Shown one piece after another: positions 37,911 to 52,399 of a stretch of DNA of 64,000 nt. Below the pieces are notes generated by a model that worked only from the letters and a program-made list of their open reading frames with translations, did not search any database and had not been told where the DNA came from. Source of the stretch: the human T2T-CHM13v2.0 reference genome, Homo sapiens. Location of the stretch: assembly GCF_009914755.1 (NCBI RefSeq), contig NC_060939.1, one strand, 5' to 3'. How positions within the stretch are numbered: the first letter of the stretch is position 1; each line of letters starts with the position of its first letter. Both the position numbers and the translations under genes were made by a program.

Positions 37911-38559
37911 CTCATCTTTAGATGACTGCCAAAGTCCCTTCTGCTCTAAAGTTTTATGTTTCTACTGTGCATATGGGAAGGGGGTTTGGAGGATACAGGT
38001 GCTCATATGAAACAGAGGATTGGCGCTTCCATTCCTGATCACAGTGTCGTCCATCTTATAGCTCTTCACAGGGAGGACAGTTCATCTGCAAATGCTTGTT
38101 CTCTTGGGAGCCTTATGTTATTGTGCCCGTCTCACAGATGAAGAAACTGAGGCTAAGGGGGTTTCAATGCCTTTTCTGGGGCATTGAGTTAATACATGGA
38201 CACACAGAGCTCAGTCAAGCCTCCCCCATTACACTTCTTGGAAGGCTTAAGGATGGCTTTGTAAGATGTCACTGACACCACGCTCAGCAGATCACCTGAG
38301 AGGGCTACTAGAGAAGCAATAATACTTCCTTTTTGAGAGAGGAAGAAAATGTGGGTCCTAGGGCAGGCAGGGTCACACTGCCAGGAGTGAGGTTGGGCTG
38401 GAGTGCAGGACCATGAGTTAGTCTCTGTCTGTCACCTCCTCCAGAAACAGGGACACCCAGGGTTAAAATGCTTCATGCACTGGTGCTAAAAAGCTGAGCA
38501 GGAGAGCCAAATGAGTGGAATTTCTCTCTGGATGGAAAAGATGACCAACTTGACCCAAC

Positions 38560-39030
38560 AAGCTGTCTTGATCAGGAAACATCCACTGAGCCGCTAAAAA
38601 GTGCCAGGCACAGAGATGAAGCAGGAAATAGATGGGGCAGGTGGCTCTGTCGTGGTGCTCACATCCCACTGAGGAGACACAAAGACAAATGCACGCACAT
38701 GACATCTTCAGGTAAAGTCCAGCGAGGGAACCAAATAGGGTGATCTGATGGGGAGTAACAGAGGAGAAGGAATCGGTCTTTGAAGAAAGGATGTTTTAGT
38801 TGTGGCCTGAAGGGAGAAGAAGAAACCACAGATGACGAGCAAGGGGCAAAACACGCCAGGCACAGGGGACAGCAAGCACAGGTGTCCTCCCACTGGGCAG
38901 AGCTTGGGGATGGGGAGGAGGCCAGTGTGGGTAGGCAAAGTGAGGGACAGGTATGCAGAGGGGGTAGCTTGGAAGGTCATGGTCCAGAGTCTCGGTTTTA
39001 TTCTGGGATCCCCGAGAATTTGTTAAGAGT
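38560..39030 (-). mobile_element. L2 LINE fragment
   Basis: 'ggcacaggggacagcaagcacaggtgtc...ggaggccagtgtgg...ggttttattct'. Confidence 0.55.
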
Positions 39031-41688
39031 TTTAAGCCTACGTATGGGAAAGGGGGTTCTGCCACTGAAACTCCCACAACTTAAACCTGACAGAGGAAAA
39101 CGGGGAAGTTCCCCATAGCTGTTCAGCCCATTGACGCAGCCTGGCCTAGCGCCTCCACAAAATATTCCTATTATCCATATGGAAAACATCTAGTCAACAT
39201 ACTTCAGGAGTTACAGGATGCATGCATTTTTCAATGTTTCTTGTAGGTACCATAAACCTTCAATTTTATGAGGAATGAATATTGACGCTGAACCATAAAC
39301 AGAGCTGGGCCAATTTGATTAGAAAAGTAGCAATTTCATGCCAAACACGTAATTGCCTCTTTTCTTTATTTCCCTCTTTCTCTTTCTTCCCCTTTTCCTC
39401 TTTTCTCTTTCTTCTTTCTCTCCCCCACCAACTCGTGCTCTCGCTCTGAAATCTAATGCCTGGGACAAAGAAGCTGGCTCTCCCTTGGATGACAGCAGCT
39501 TTCACATGTACTTTGGAGCACATGTCCTGAAATCTGGGGACAAACTTTGCTTTGTCAGTGGCCTTGACTTCTGAGAAGGTACCTCATAATGAAAGGAACA
39601 CTGCCCATTGTGAATGCCTTGCAGAGTGCCTTGGATGGGAAAAGAGTGCAAAAATCACCAAAAAGTTAAATAATCACCACCCCTTCCCCCACCTCCCCAG
39701 CAAGGCCAACAACAGGAAGGCAAGAAGGCTTATGGTGCCAGAACCTGGGGAGAGAAAGGATCTTGAAAAATAACTTCCGGAAGAAATGAAAGCCAAAAAT
39801 CTCAAACATCCCATCCAACAGGAAATTATAATCAGCTTTAAGAAATTCCAGGGAAATTACCCTGGGACAGTTGAAAATTTGGCACAGGGATATCAGTTGG
39901 GTTGAGGAGGAGCTGAGGATGGATTTACAAGTTCCCCAAACATTCGGGGGTGTGCTCAGTGTCCTGACAGTCTCCCAGTATCCTAGGAGGGCAGATACAT
40001 CAGTGGTATGCAAGAGGGATCCAGTGAAGGTAGTATGGACAGCTGTCATTTTTGCTACATGACTTCCTGCCAGCAGTAGATATTTACTGGGCATGTTCTA
40101 GATGTCCAGCACCCTTCTAGGCACTGGGGATACTTAGTGAACAAGACAGCCTGAGTCCCTGCCGTCTCTTTACTTTGAGAATGCTTTGCTTCCCAGTTGG
40201 AGAATTTCATGAGTCTGCTTATCAGAGTGACCTGCCCTCCCCTAGGAAAGGACCAAGAAAGTGACCCAAACTAGATCATCAGATGCACTCACCCTGAAAT
40301 TGCAATCAAGAGTCTGCCTCTTCAGCCTTCCCCTAAATTCTGTCAGCTGCTATGTAGCCATGTGATAAATGCCAGTTCTGCTTGAGATAAGTCAGTGTTG
40401 CTGTCTGCTGCTTACAACCAACGATCCTTCGCTATTACAAGGTGGCCAGGAGGAAGGAGTTGGACACAAATGATTGTCTTTGCAGTTTAGATCAAAACTC
40501 AGAGTTGCCAAGTCTAAAATCTTGTTTTTCTACCTCATATTCTTTTGGCTACATTATTAACATAGCCCTTTTCTGGTCTCTTTGCTGTCATTTTCTTCCA
40601 GCGCCTCTGGTAACTGGAAGCTGGCAAGGGGAGCTTGGGCTTTAGGGAGTCATAGGTGAAGTCCGTAGAGAGGTGTTTTCACCATAAATGCCATGATTCC
40701 TGCAGCCATAAAAGCCGGACAAAGTGATTATTGGAAAACGTTTCCCTGTTCCTCCAGAACTATCAGACTCTTGAGGCTGGTAGACAAGGCCTGCCAAAAT
40801 TGGGTCCCAGCCTCCCTCTGTAGCTTGTCCCGACATCCTTACATGTCCATTGTTGAGGTTGGGTGGGGTCACTTGTCATTCCCTCGCACTCAACAAAGTG
40901 GCTTGTCTCAGTGCCTTTGCACAGACCTTCCCTCAACAAGAATGTCTTTCCATGCTCCCGTGTTCTTTGAAAATTCGACTTTATCCTGAAAAACTCAGCT
41001 GCAGTGTTATCTCCGGTATAAAGCCACTCCTGAAAGCCTAGAGGGAAGAACCATGTCTCCCTCTGTGTTCTCACAACTCCTAGCTTGCACTGCTGCCATT
41101 CCCCTGCTCTTGACCCTGCGTTCATTGTATCCATATTCATATGTGTCTAGAATTGACACCGTCAAGGTAGGGTTTGTTGTCTTTGGTCTCCCAAAGCTTA
41201 CCATAGTGCCAGGCTAAATAGACAGTATGGGATTGTTGAATTAATTTACTTTAATTGCTAATTATAGGCCTCTAAGAATTACTAGTTGAATTTGATCTGA
41301 TCATGAGAGTGCAGACTGCGCACTGCAACATCAGTGCCTCCCTCCTGCAGTCTCGTCCCTGGCACTGACTGGCCGCTATCCTGTCCCATCCCTCTGGCTT
41401 TTCTCATTCAATGGCCACTGCCTCCCATCCTGGACAGACTGTAATCACCTAGTTCACCATGGGGTACCTAGTCCCTCGCACGATGCTTAGCACATGCCAG
41501 GGGTTAAGTTCTAATTGAATAGATGAATGCACAAAATGAGCTTGATCCTTGTTTACTCTGGGATGAATCCTGCCTCAGGCCCACCCCTAACATTTGTGAG
41601 ACCAGGGAACAAGAGGAGGAAAAAAATTCCACATACCACGTGACTGAATATTGGAAAGTTACAAACCAAGCTACAAAACTGTTCTAAG

Positions 41689-41994
<306 letters not shown>

Positions 41995-42494
41995 TTAATC
42001 CTCCTACCCTGACAAGGATGCCTTCATAACTTGGATTTCTCCACTCTGCACTGGTACCAGGTGGCCTAGGAAAGGCTGACTCCAGACTCGGGGGCCCTGG
42101 TCAGCTCACTCCTCTTCCTTCCCTGGCTGGGCCTCACACACCCAAGCTGTGGCCATGCTACCTCACAAAATTGCTGCTTACAGCCATCCTTTGGCTACCC
42201 CTTGGACCTAGGGCTGCCATGTCGGTACTGTCTGGCCTGGAGAGGATAAACCCAGGGATGAGGACCACGCAGGCTGGGAAGCAGGCTCAGGAGCATTTGG
42301 GCAGGGATTTCTGGGATCCTGTGTGCCAGAGCATAGTCCAGAAAGGGAGATGTGGGCTCCAAGTGTGTAAGTCCCCCCAGCTTGCACCCTCCTCACTTCA
42401 TGGGAGGAAGAATGGCTGGAGAAGGGCCAGGGTGGATCCAGGGCAGGGACCCTTAATGCCCAGGTCTAAGGAAGGTCCTGCTCTGCCTTTATTC

Positions 42495-42645
42495 ATTTTT
42501 AAAAAATGTTTGAATATCTTTAGGAATATAAGTGGTTTTTGGTTACACGGATGAATTATATAGTGGTGAAGTCTAGGCTTTTAGTGTGCCTATCACCCAT
42601 ACAATATACATTGTACCCAACAGGCGATTTTTTCATTCATCACCC
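42495..42645 (-). mobile_element. L1PB-like 3' end fragment
   Basis: 'gtggtttttggttacacggatgaattatatagtggtgaagtct...tacattgtacccaa'. Confidence 0.82.
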
Positions 42646-43639
42646 ATGACTGTATTCTTTAACCTGGGAAATTTACCCATCAAGGAATCAAACAGAAAGG
42701 CCTTCCCTTCCGCCTTTACAGAGAGGCTGCTTCTACTCTGGTTTATCCTCAGGGACGGCAAATGCATCAGTAGCCCAGAAAGAACCAGAGCAATGGGGCA
42801 CCAGGACACGCATGGGTGAGAGTGAAGCCTGAGCTTCTGCCATGACCACCAGTGAAAGGATGAGCTGCGATAGGTGAAGCCCTCTCAAGGCTGGAGTAGG
42901 AATCCCTCTCAGACCAAATGTGCTTGGGCAGGAAGGTGTAGAAACCCCTATTCCTTCATGGGATTTCTACCATTAAGCAGTGGGTCCTGCAACGTCACCT
43001 TGGACAGACCCAGGTGGGCAGGAGACCCGAAGGCTGACAGTGATGCTGCAATCTTCTGAGCAGAGCAAAACCAGTGGCTGGCACTTTAAAGAAAGAAGGA
43101 GATTTTCTGCACAAAGGCTTTCAAATGGGCTCCTGCAGACAGCTGTGGCCAAGCTTTTGAAATATTTCTAGCCTCTGTTTTCCTGCTGTGAAGTCTTTCG
43201 AGAAACAGCTTAGCAGCAATGAGCTGTTTGCTATTCTGGGGCAGTGGGTGTGCAGATGAAAGGGCAGATGGGATGGGGAGGAATAATTCCCCAAGCGCCC
43301 ATAAAATTTTTGATCTTTGGCCCCTGCTGTAAAGTGATTCTGGGAATGCGGGTCAGACAGGAGAGCCGGGCTGCGAGGTGCTGGGGTTTCCTGTGACCTC
43401 CGTCTTCATCACCCAGGGCACCAAGATGGGACTCCTGTGGCTTCTGGAGGCTTCAAGACCTGTTGGAACTCGGGAGAATCTCAGGCCAAATGACACTGAG
43501 AACTGGGGAGGTCTTAGGAGTCGGACCCTGTCTACATAGTTGATTCAAAGAAGTAAATATTCCACCAAGAAAGCAATATTTTGCCTGTGATGATTCAATT
43601 CTCTCAGGCTCAGGTGAGTCAAGGCTGTTTGACTTGCTG

Positions 43640-44110
43640 AGCAGAGAACTTAACCAAGAGAGTCATGAGACCTGGAATTAACCCTGGACTTTGTCATCAT
43701 CTGACTGGGTGACTGACCACATTACTTGCTCTCCCTGTCTTCATTTCCTAACCTGGAAAATGAGACCATTGGGCCATTTGTTCTAGAAGTTACCTTCCAG
43801 CTCAAAGATTTGCAGTTAGCTTTGCAGAAGTAGTGGAATCCAAGGGGCGGTCTTGGAAATGCCTTCATATACTCCTTACATTCCACTTATTCCCTGATTT
43901 TCATTTTTCTTCAGATAATAGTATAATTTACTTAAGGTTGGGAATCTGACTTTGGCATCAGAGTAGATTTCATTTCAGTGTCAGCTTGGTCATGGATAAC
44001 TGTGGGAGCTTGGATGTGTGTTGGTTCTCTCTTGGAACCTCAATTTCCTCATCTATAAAATGAGATATCGCATACTTCCCCAGTGGTTGGGAGAATTCTA
44101 TGAGATCATG
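43640..44110 (+). mobile_element. Two MIR SINEs
   Basis: 'tcatttcctaacctggaaaatgaga' and 'cctcaatttcctcatctataaaatgaga' cores. Confidence 0.6.
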
Positions 44111-45589
44111 GCTGTGGGTTCTGGCTCAGGCGTGTTCTCTACCTCTGTGGAGCAGCGTTGCTCCTGGGGTTAGCAAGTCTGCCTGGGCTCCCTGAGGACC
44201 CTATGGAGGACGTTGACTATATTCTGATTGGGGCTTACTGGGATCATTGCTGGGGTGGGCACAACCTCTCTCTAGACAAAGTGTTAGATTTTTTTTGACA
44301 GGAACCCCATGTTCGGCAATAGGTGAAGCTGAGTAAATAGCCTAAAGGTAAGATTTTTCTGAAGCAGCTCCATTGTGGCCCAGGTAAAGGCCGAGGTTCC
44401 AGGAGGTGTGGTCAGGGGTAGAGTGACAGCAGTTAAAAGGTTTATTTAGAATGGGAGGCAGTGGTGGTACGGTAGAAAGGGTGCTGCATTTGGAGTCAGA
44501 TTGGGCTAGGACTCTGTGTAATTGGATGTTGTGTCCCTAGTACTTAGTGTCATTCAGCTGGGGCTAAATAATTACATGCTTAATGAAAGGAAGGAGACAA
44601 GGATGCAAAGGAGGAGGAGCTAAGCCTTACTGCTTGCTCTGCCGCTTGAAACTTGGAACCTCAGTTTCTTCATTTGTAAAATGTGGTTGATGTTTACTGC
44701 AGAAGTTTGTTATGATTCACTGTGACACAGCATTTTAATCTGAAAAGTATTACCTATCTATGATAATAATAACTAGAGCAGACAGTTGGAGGAAATAATA
44801 GAAAGTGAACATAGAAACTGAGGCAGATGTCAGTCAGGCTGAAAATCTGATAAGCAATGCCATTTTCGTGATGATTAACCAACCAGGAAAAAGACTCCCA
44901 ACTGTATCTTAATTTAGCATGGATATTGATTCTTTGGATTTATTTTCTTCCTTCAATTTACTTCATTTATTTTTTGCAGAAAAGAGGCAAATAAGTAAAC
45001 TTACTTAGGATATTTTTCTTTGTTATCTGGGTTTTATCTAGAATGTTGAAAGTCTGCCCAGTGACTCTCATTCTGTATTATAAAGATGTTGAGATTCATG
45101 CTCATTAGCAGCATTCTCGATCGTGAAGGAGATATTCAAGTTTATTTGACATCACTTGTGTCCTAAGGCATTTTGCAGCTTTTGCTTTCCTGAGACCTGT
45201 GAAAATGTTTTGTTCTTGAGAGCACTGCCTTACATTTCTTTTTGTTGCCGCCTCCGTGGTTAGCACAGCAGTAATTCTAGACCTGCTATGTGCCAGGCAT
45301 TATACTAGGGAATGAGATGGTATCATGAACAAGACACAGACTTTTCTCTCAAGAAGAATATAGCCTAGCGAGGGAGACAAACGAAAAGGCAATTGCAATA
45401 GTAATAATTGCTCACATCCAAATTGTTTGGTTGATTATCAATAATTGTGGAAAGAAAATTCTTTTGGGCTAGCTATGAAATAACCTGGATGTGAAATCAG
45501 TCAGCCTACAATCAGAATAGGAGAAAAAATTAGTAGTTCAGATTTTGTGCCTGCGTGAGTGTTTTGCACATATTATTTTAAGTCCCTGC

Positions 45590-46170
45590 TTTCTCAGTGC
45601 TTGAGAAACAGCATCTTCCCATTTTGCAGCAGAGATGACTGAGACTCAGAGAAATTAGGTGTATTTGTTAAGTTACAATGGTTAGATGCAGGTAAATCTT
45701 GATCTTTCTACTGCACCATATTATAATTAAATAATGTGCCTAAGTAAATAAAAACAATTTTTTTACCCACCCCCACGCCCCGACTTAAATGCATCAGGGA
45801 ATTCCTGAGGTCTAGAGTCAGGGTGTCTTGGGTGAGGCACTTGAGTCTGGGGCAGGAGCCTAGCAGCCCTCTTCGGCTTTATTTGCAGTAAGGCAAGAGT
45901 GCTACCTTCCTAGCATCAGCCTGTGTGATGACGACGCAAATGTTCTCAGTGGGTCTTGGCAGCAGGGAGAAGTGGTTAAGGCCCCATTTGGCTTCAGCAG
46001 TGCTGAATCTGAGTTCCAAAGCAGCTTTTGTATCTATGTGACTCTGAGCAAATTCCTCATCTGTAAATCGGGAATAATAATAATACATACCTCATAGGAT
46101 TGCTGTATTTAATCAGATAATATCTATAAGGTGCTCATCAAGCACGAGACACAGTAATAGCTATTAGCTA
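45590..46170. mobile_element. MIR SINEs in both orientations
   Basis: 'cccattttgcagcagagatgactgagactcagaga' (minus) and 'ttcctcatctgtaaatcgggaataataata...cctcataggattgctgt' (plus). Confidence 0.7.
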
Positions 46171-46964
46171 TTTTCCTTTATCCATCAGAGGTTTCTAAAG
46201 ATGGAGTCAGATGGCAGAGGAACACTTGGAAAGACTAAGTGCAGAGTGAACTTAAGCATTAGATTGGTAAGCTGAGCAATTCAATACACCAATAGGCCAA
46301 TGTGTGTGTCTTCTGGAAGTTCTAGGACCCTCATAGACCATCTTTAGGTTTTCTTAGTTTGCATTTCATAGTGCCCAGCAGAGTAGTAAGATGCTCTTAG
46401 TAAATGACTTCTTTAGTGTGTAGTACTAATGAGAGGTAACTGACCGGTGGAGAAAGCCATATCCCCTTCCAATATCAGTTTCTTAGTCCTATTTCTTTAG
46501 CACCTGATGACACTACCAAGACACATGTCAGGAAGGTGGTCTGCACAGCTATCCCAGGAGCTGCTCTGATGTGAAGGGAGTTCTCCACTGTTTCTAGGGT
46601 ACACGATACTCTCACCTAGCAGAACCAAGATCCTGACTCTAAAGGGATTGTGCAGATGTTAACTTTCCTAATTCTTCTGGTAAGTTCTGGTCTCTGTGGC
46701 TCTTCCTGTCCAAGCTGTGCTTGAGCTATGCATGAACTGAGCAGGGGCCTCTATCCACCTCATCAGCCCCCAGACATCTGGGATGCCTTGAGGGAGCCAA
46801 TTAATGAAAAGCATATCTCAAATGCAAATATGTCCATTCAGTAGTTCTGCTTTATAAGAAGCAGAGTAGGTTTTTTTTTTTTTTTTTGGTAAAATTCTTT
46901 TTTTGTCCTCTCTTCACTGACATACTTTATTGTTTTTAGAGGGTAGCATGTTTAAAGGAAGTTA

Positions 46965-47510
46965 CATCACTTAAAGTATTTTATTGCAAGTAACAGAAAA
47001 GTTTAATGTAATACTGGCTGAAACAATTTAGAAATTTACCATGTCATATAACAAGAAGGTCAGAAGTAGAATGGTCTCCAGGGCTAATTCAGCTGCTCAG
47101 TGACATCATTGAGGATCCCAGTTCTCTGGGCCTCTTAGCTCCACCATGCTCTGTGTATCAGCTTTTGCCCTCACCCTGGTACCCTCATCCAGACGAGACA
47201 ATGTTCAGAGGAAGAAAAAGATAATATATTTCATGTGTCTATATTTTTGGACCTAAGAACCTGGCAGTCTTCCCCTCACATTTTATTGGTCAGGATTCTG
47301 TCCCTTGCCCATCCCTAGCAAGGGGAATGGGATGACCATCATTGGCCGAAACACTTGGGGTAGAATGGGTGTTGGGTTGAGAGGCCATGACCCCTGTGGT
47401 AATCACAGACACTATTTGAAGCTTGCAGTTTAAGGTTGGTGCCTACTCCAGCACCACGAATGCAATAGGCTTTTAGCAGATAGTTGACCATGATGGCATA
47501 AAAGATGTAG
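46965..47510 (-). mobile_element. Old MaLR LTR (MLT1I/J/K-like)
   Basis: 'ttgcaagtaacagaaaa...tggctgaaacaat...tcatataacaagaag...gctcagtgacatcattgagga'. Confidence 0.7.
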
Positions 47511-50466
47511 GTTTTACCATTCAAACCTGTTTAATTCTACTGCTGTGTTGAGGCGCCCTAATGCCTTAGGCTAGTCTAGACAAACTGTAAGGCCTCCACA
47601 TGGTCTCTAAACTTGTGATGCCTATCTGTGCTGTAGCACAAAAGCAGGAACTTGAGAGTGGCCAAAAGCCCCACTCTGTGGTTTGGCAGGCCCACTGAGG
47701 GCTCCTGTCCACATCCCTCCCTGAAGGCAGGAGAGACTATTAGTGCAGAGCTGGCTTCCTCGATCCAGCACATGTAGAGAGGGAGGAATTCCCAAGGTAC
47801 GTTGCTCTGAGCTGGCCTTTCTGGTTTCTGTGGCTTCACTTGCCCACTGATTAACTGTGAGTATCACATGAGGCCTAGACAATATCACCATGGTCATTTG
47901 AATAATAAAATCAAGTTATTTCATCATTTCACTTTTCCTTTGAGGGGGGAAAACATTTGGAACACAAGGCCCATCAAGACCTTTCCTGTTTCTGATGTCT
48001 CTATCACAGACTTGGCTGCAAAGGTTAAATGTTTTGGATTACAAAATGTACATTATATGGGGGTCTTCCTATAAATCAACAAGGCAGGTATGTTAAACAC
48101 AGAAAAATATCTACAGCTGTTCTCTTACTCATCCTGCTTGTTATTTAACTCAGTCTGGGCCCTAAGGAACATTTTTAGTTGTACTGTCAACAGTTTCAAA
48201 ACAAAGAAGAAACTGCGACTGGCAAATGAGGAACCCAGCTGGCCCTCTGTTTAGGCTCCCACTGCATATACTTTAATCCTGACACCTGCAAGCTATTTAA
48301 TCAGGATTTACAATTGAACATGAAGGATGAGGGGTCCGCAGGGCTGTGTTCTTAGTGTTTGGATTGCAAATGATGGAGAAAAACTTTGTTATCGGATGTT
48401 GTAGTTATTTGAAGTTGGGTGCCCTCTAACCCACAGGGAACCCAGCATCATTTATCACTCCCCAGAAAAAAACTCAGCTCAGGCGGACGCTGCCCCTCAC
48501 AGCATAACATTCTATTTTTGCTTTTCCTGTATTCTAGAGTAAACAAACTTGAAACTTATGAACAATGAGAAAAATAACTTCCAGAGAGCATATGGCAGGA
48601 GAGAAGAGTTCGAAGTGAAATAATGAAAGCACAATATTCACTTAGACACAGAGCAAAATGTAGACGAGGGCATTTGCCTACAATCTGGCCAAGGTGTGCC
48701 ATGTTCAGAAGGTTCTCTACTTAAAAACATACCAACTTTCACGGAAAAGAACAAAGTCTTGAGCCAGGGCAAAAGTATGGGAATTTTGCCTAACACAACA
48801 GATGGAATTTATAGTTGCTTGTAAATGAACAAATTACCCAAATGTATTTTAGAAAATGCACTAATTTTGGACTTGTGAAAATTGCCTTAGGAAAAGCTCT
48901 GAAAGTTTAGAATGGAAACTTTCTGTAAGTCGAGGAGCTTCTGTAATGATGTGACTGAAAGGAGTCTACAGAAATGGCAACTGATCACTACTTAGTGAGT
49001 CCCAACTGGGCCATTACGGGAGAGATGAAGAAGCAGAAAAGATGAACCAGGGCAGAGTCCCTGCCCTCATAGAGCTTCTAGACTGTTTGAGGGGAGGAGA
49101 ATATCCTGGTTTAGACAATAAGAAAAAAAGTTAAAACATGTACAATAAAAAGAATCTCAGAAGAGATGATCACTGCCAACTGGAGTAGTAAAATAAAACT
49201 TACGGAAGAACTAGGAGTATGAGTTGAAAATACAAGTGACTGAAGCATTGATTCCAACATATTCTAGTATGAAGAGACACAAATGATATTCAATGGATAT
49301 TTACATTTAGAATCCATTAATTGAGGAATACTTCATAAAAACCTAGCTTGAATTCATGTACATTAAAATATGTTTGCATTTTTCACCATAGCAATATTTA
49401 CAAGGATTTGGAAAACAGTACAAAGAGGTCCAAGATAGAGTACTCATCCAATGTTTAAGATACGATATGCACATGGCTTCATATCCCTTCCTTGTAAAAG
49501 CTCTGATCCTTAGTCCTAGGGCTATGAAGTCCACTGCTTAGTAAACATTGGCTTAGATTAGTATGTTTGAGTGTTCATGAAACTGCCCTAATGGGTATTA
49601 GAGCCTAATAAATTGGGCATATTGTCCTGTGGATACCTTCAGACACACTTTAGGGACAGCGGCCAAAGAGGACAGGGGCCTGGCTGTAGCTTTAGTGGCA
49701 ACTTTTCCTTCAATGTATCTACCAGCAATTTCGTACTTACAGCAGTCCCTTTCTCTCCATCCACCTGTTTCAATATGCCCAGGTTGATGAGTGACATAAG
49801 TTCAAAGGAATCTAGAGAGGCAGGGCTAAGAATGATGGCACAATTATCTTACCTTCTACTGGGTCTGGACTCACTTAAACTGAGAATTCCTTGACTGTAT
49901 ACCTATGCCCCTTTAAAAAATATGTATTGATTTATTTAAATCCACAGCATGTTCCTGCAAATCTATGTGACTTTTACAGACCACCAGAGAATTAGGTTTA
50001 CTGGTTTCTCTTGAAAACTTCTTATCCAAATGAATAAAGGAAATGTGCTCATTTTTTTGAATGTGAAAGTAACAAATGCTTCCTTATTTTCATAAACATT
50101 CAAAATACAGCAGCAAGACTCAGAAGCAAACTTAGCCGGTATTCTGCTGTGATCATTTTGGCACATATCTCATTTTATAATCTAATGTAAATCAGATAAT
50201 TTTAAATACTGATTTTTAGTCACTGAATAATATTTGATCACATGACTGTTCCATACATATTTAACCAATCCCCTCTGTGTTACACATTTAGGTTGTTTCC
50301 ATCTTTTTAAACCTTAATAAACAATGTAGTGATAAATATTTTTAAACATAAATCTTTATGCCTAGCTCTAAGAAAATGCAGCTTTATTTGCTCAAATGCC
50401 TTAAACTCTGGAGTTTTATTTGGGATTTTCCCATCTCATTTTGGCTTCCTATCAGTTTCAGATTCC

Positions 50467-52398
50467 ATTTTTTTCCAGCTTTATTGAGATATAATTGACA
50501 AATTATGGATATTCAAGGTGTGTCACTGTGATGACTTGAAATCCATATACACTGTGTAATGATTACCCAGTCAAATTAATGAACACATCTATCGCCATCC
50601 ATGGTTACCATCTGTGTGTGTATGTATGTGTGGTGAAGATGCTTAAAATCTGTTATCAAATTTCAAGTAAACAATGTGTATAATTAACAGTAGTCACCAT
50701 GCTATACATTTGATCCTCAGATGTATTCATCTTGCAAATGAAAGTTTGTACTCTTTGACCAATACCTCCCCATTTTCTCCATCCTCACAACCCCTACTCC
50801 TTGACAACCATTGTTTTACTCTCTGCTTCTATGAGTTTGGCTTTTTAAGATTTCAAATATAAGTGAGATCATATAATATTTGTCTTTCTGTGTCTGGCTT
50901 ATTTCACTTAGCATAATGTCCTCCAGATTCATCAGTTTTGTCACAAATGACAGGATTTCCTTATATTTTATGGCTGAATAATGTTCCCTTTTGTATATCA
51001 CATTTTGTTCATTTATTCGTTGATGGATACTTAGGTTGTTTCCATATCTTGGCTATTGTAAATAATGCTGCAATGAACATGGGGGTGCAGATGTCTCTTT
51101 GAGATACTAATTTTATTTCCTTTGGATATATACCAAGAGGTGAGATTGCTGGATCATATGGTAGTTTCATTTTCAATTTCTTGATGACCCTCCATACTGT
51201 TTTCCATAATGGTTGTACCAATTTAAACTCCCATCAACAGTACGCAAGGGTTCCCATTTCTCCAAACCCTTGTCGACACTTGTTATCTCTTGTCTTTTTG
51301 ATACTAGGCATTCTAACAGGTGTGAGATGATAGCTGATTGTGGTTTCGATTTATATTTCTCTAATGAATATTGATACTGAGCACCTTTTCTTACACCTAT
51401 TGGCCATTTATTGTCTTTAAAAAAGTCCCTTCAGGTTCTTTCCTCATTTTTTGGTTGGACTTTTTTTCTCTCTTTTTTTTTTTTTTGCTCTTGAGTTGTG
51501 AGATCCCTATATATTTTGGATATTAGCCCTTTATCAGGTATATGGTTTGCAAATATTTTCTCCTGTTCTGTAGGTTGCCTTTTCATTTTGCTAATTGCCT
51601 CTTTTGCTGTGAGGAAGCTTTGTACTTTGATGTAGACCCACTTGTTTATTTTCGCTTTTGTTGCCTCTGCTTTTGGTAGCAAATCCAAAAAAATCATTGC
51701 CAAGACCAGTGTCAAAGTATTTTCTCTGTGTTTCCTCCTACTAGGAGCTTTATGGTTTCAGGTCTTACATTTAAGTATTTAATCCATTTCAAGTTAATTT
51801 TTGTATATGGTGTAAGATAAGAGCCCAAGTTCATTCTTTTGCATATGGATATTCAGTTTCCCCAACACCACTTATTGAGGAGACTCTTCTTTGCCCATTA
51901 TGTATTACTGGCACTCTTGTCAAAGATTAGTATATTTGCATGGGTTTATTTCTAGACCCTCTATTCTTTTCCACTGGTCTCTGTGTGTATATGTGTGCTT
52001 GTGTGTTTAACCAGTACTATACTATTTTGATTACTATAGCTGTATAATATAATTTGAATATGTGATGTGTGGATGTGTGATGCCTCCAGCTTTGTTGTTC
52101 TTTCTCCAGATTGCTTTGGCTATTCAGGATCTTTGTGGTTCCCTGTATATTTTAGAATGTTTTTTTTTTCTATTTCTGTGGAAAATGCCATATGACATTT
52201 GATAGGGATTGCATTAAATCTGTAGGTCTCTTTGGTAGTATGGACATTTTAACAATATACTTCTAATCCATGGACATGGAATATTTTTTCATTGTGTTTT
52301 TTCAATTTCTTTTATCAATATCTTGTAGTTTTTGGTGTACAGATCTTTCCCTTTCCTGGTTAAATTTATTCCTAAGTATTTTCTTCTTTTTGATACCA
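50467..52398 (-). mobile_element. L1MA8/9-like element, sense segment (ORF2 3' half plus 3'UTR)
   Basis: T-tail then 'ccagctttattgagatataattgacaaa'; ORF2 remnants MVQPLWKTVW..LPYDPAI..LGIYPKE. Confidence 0.93.
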
Positions 52399-52399
52399 A

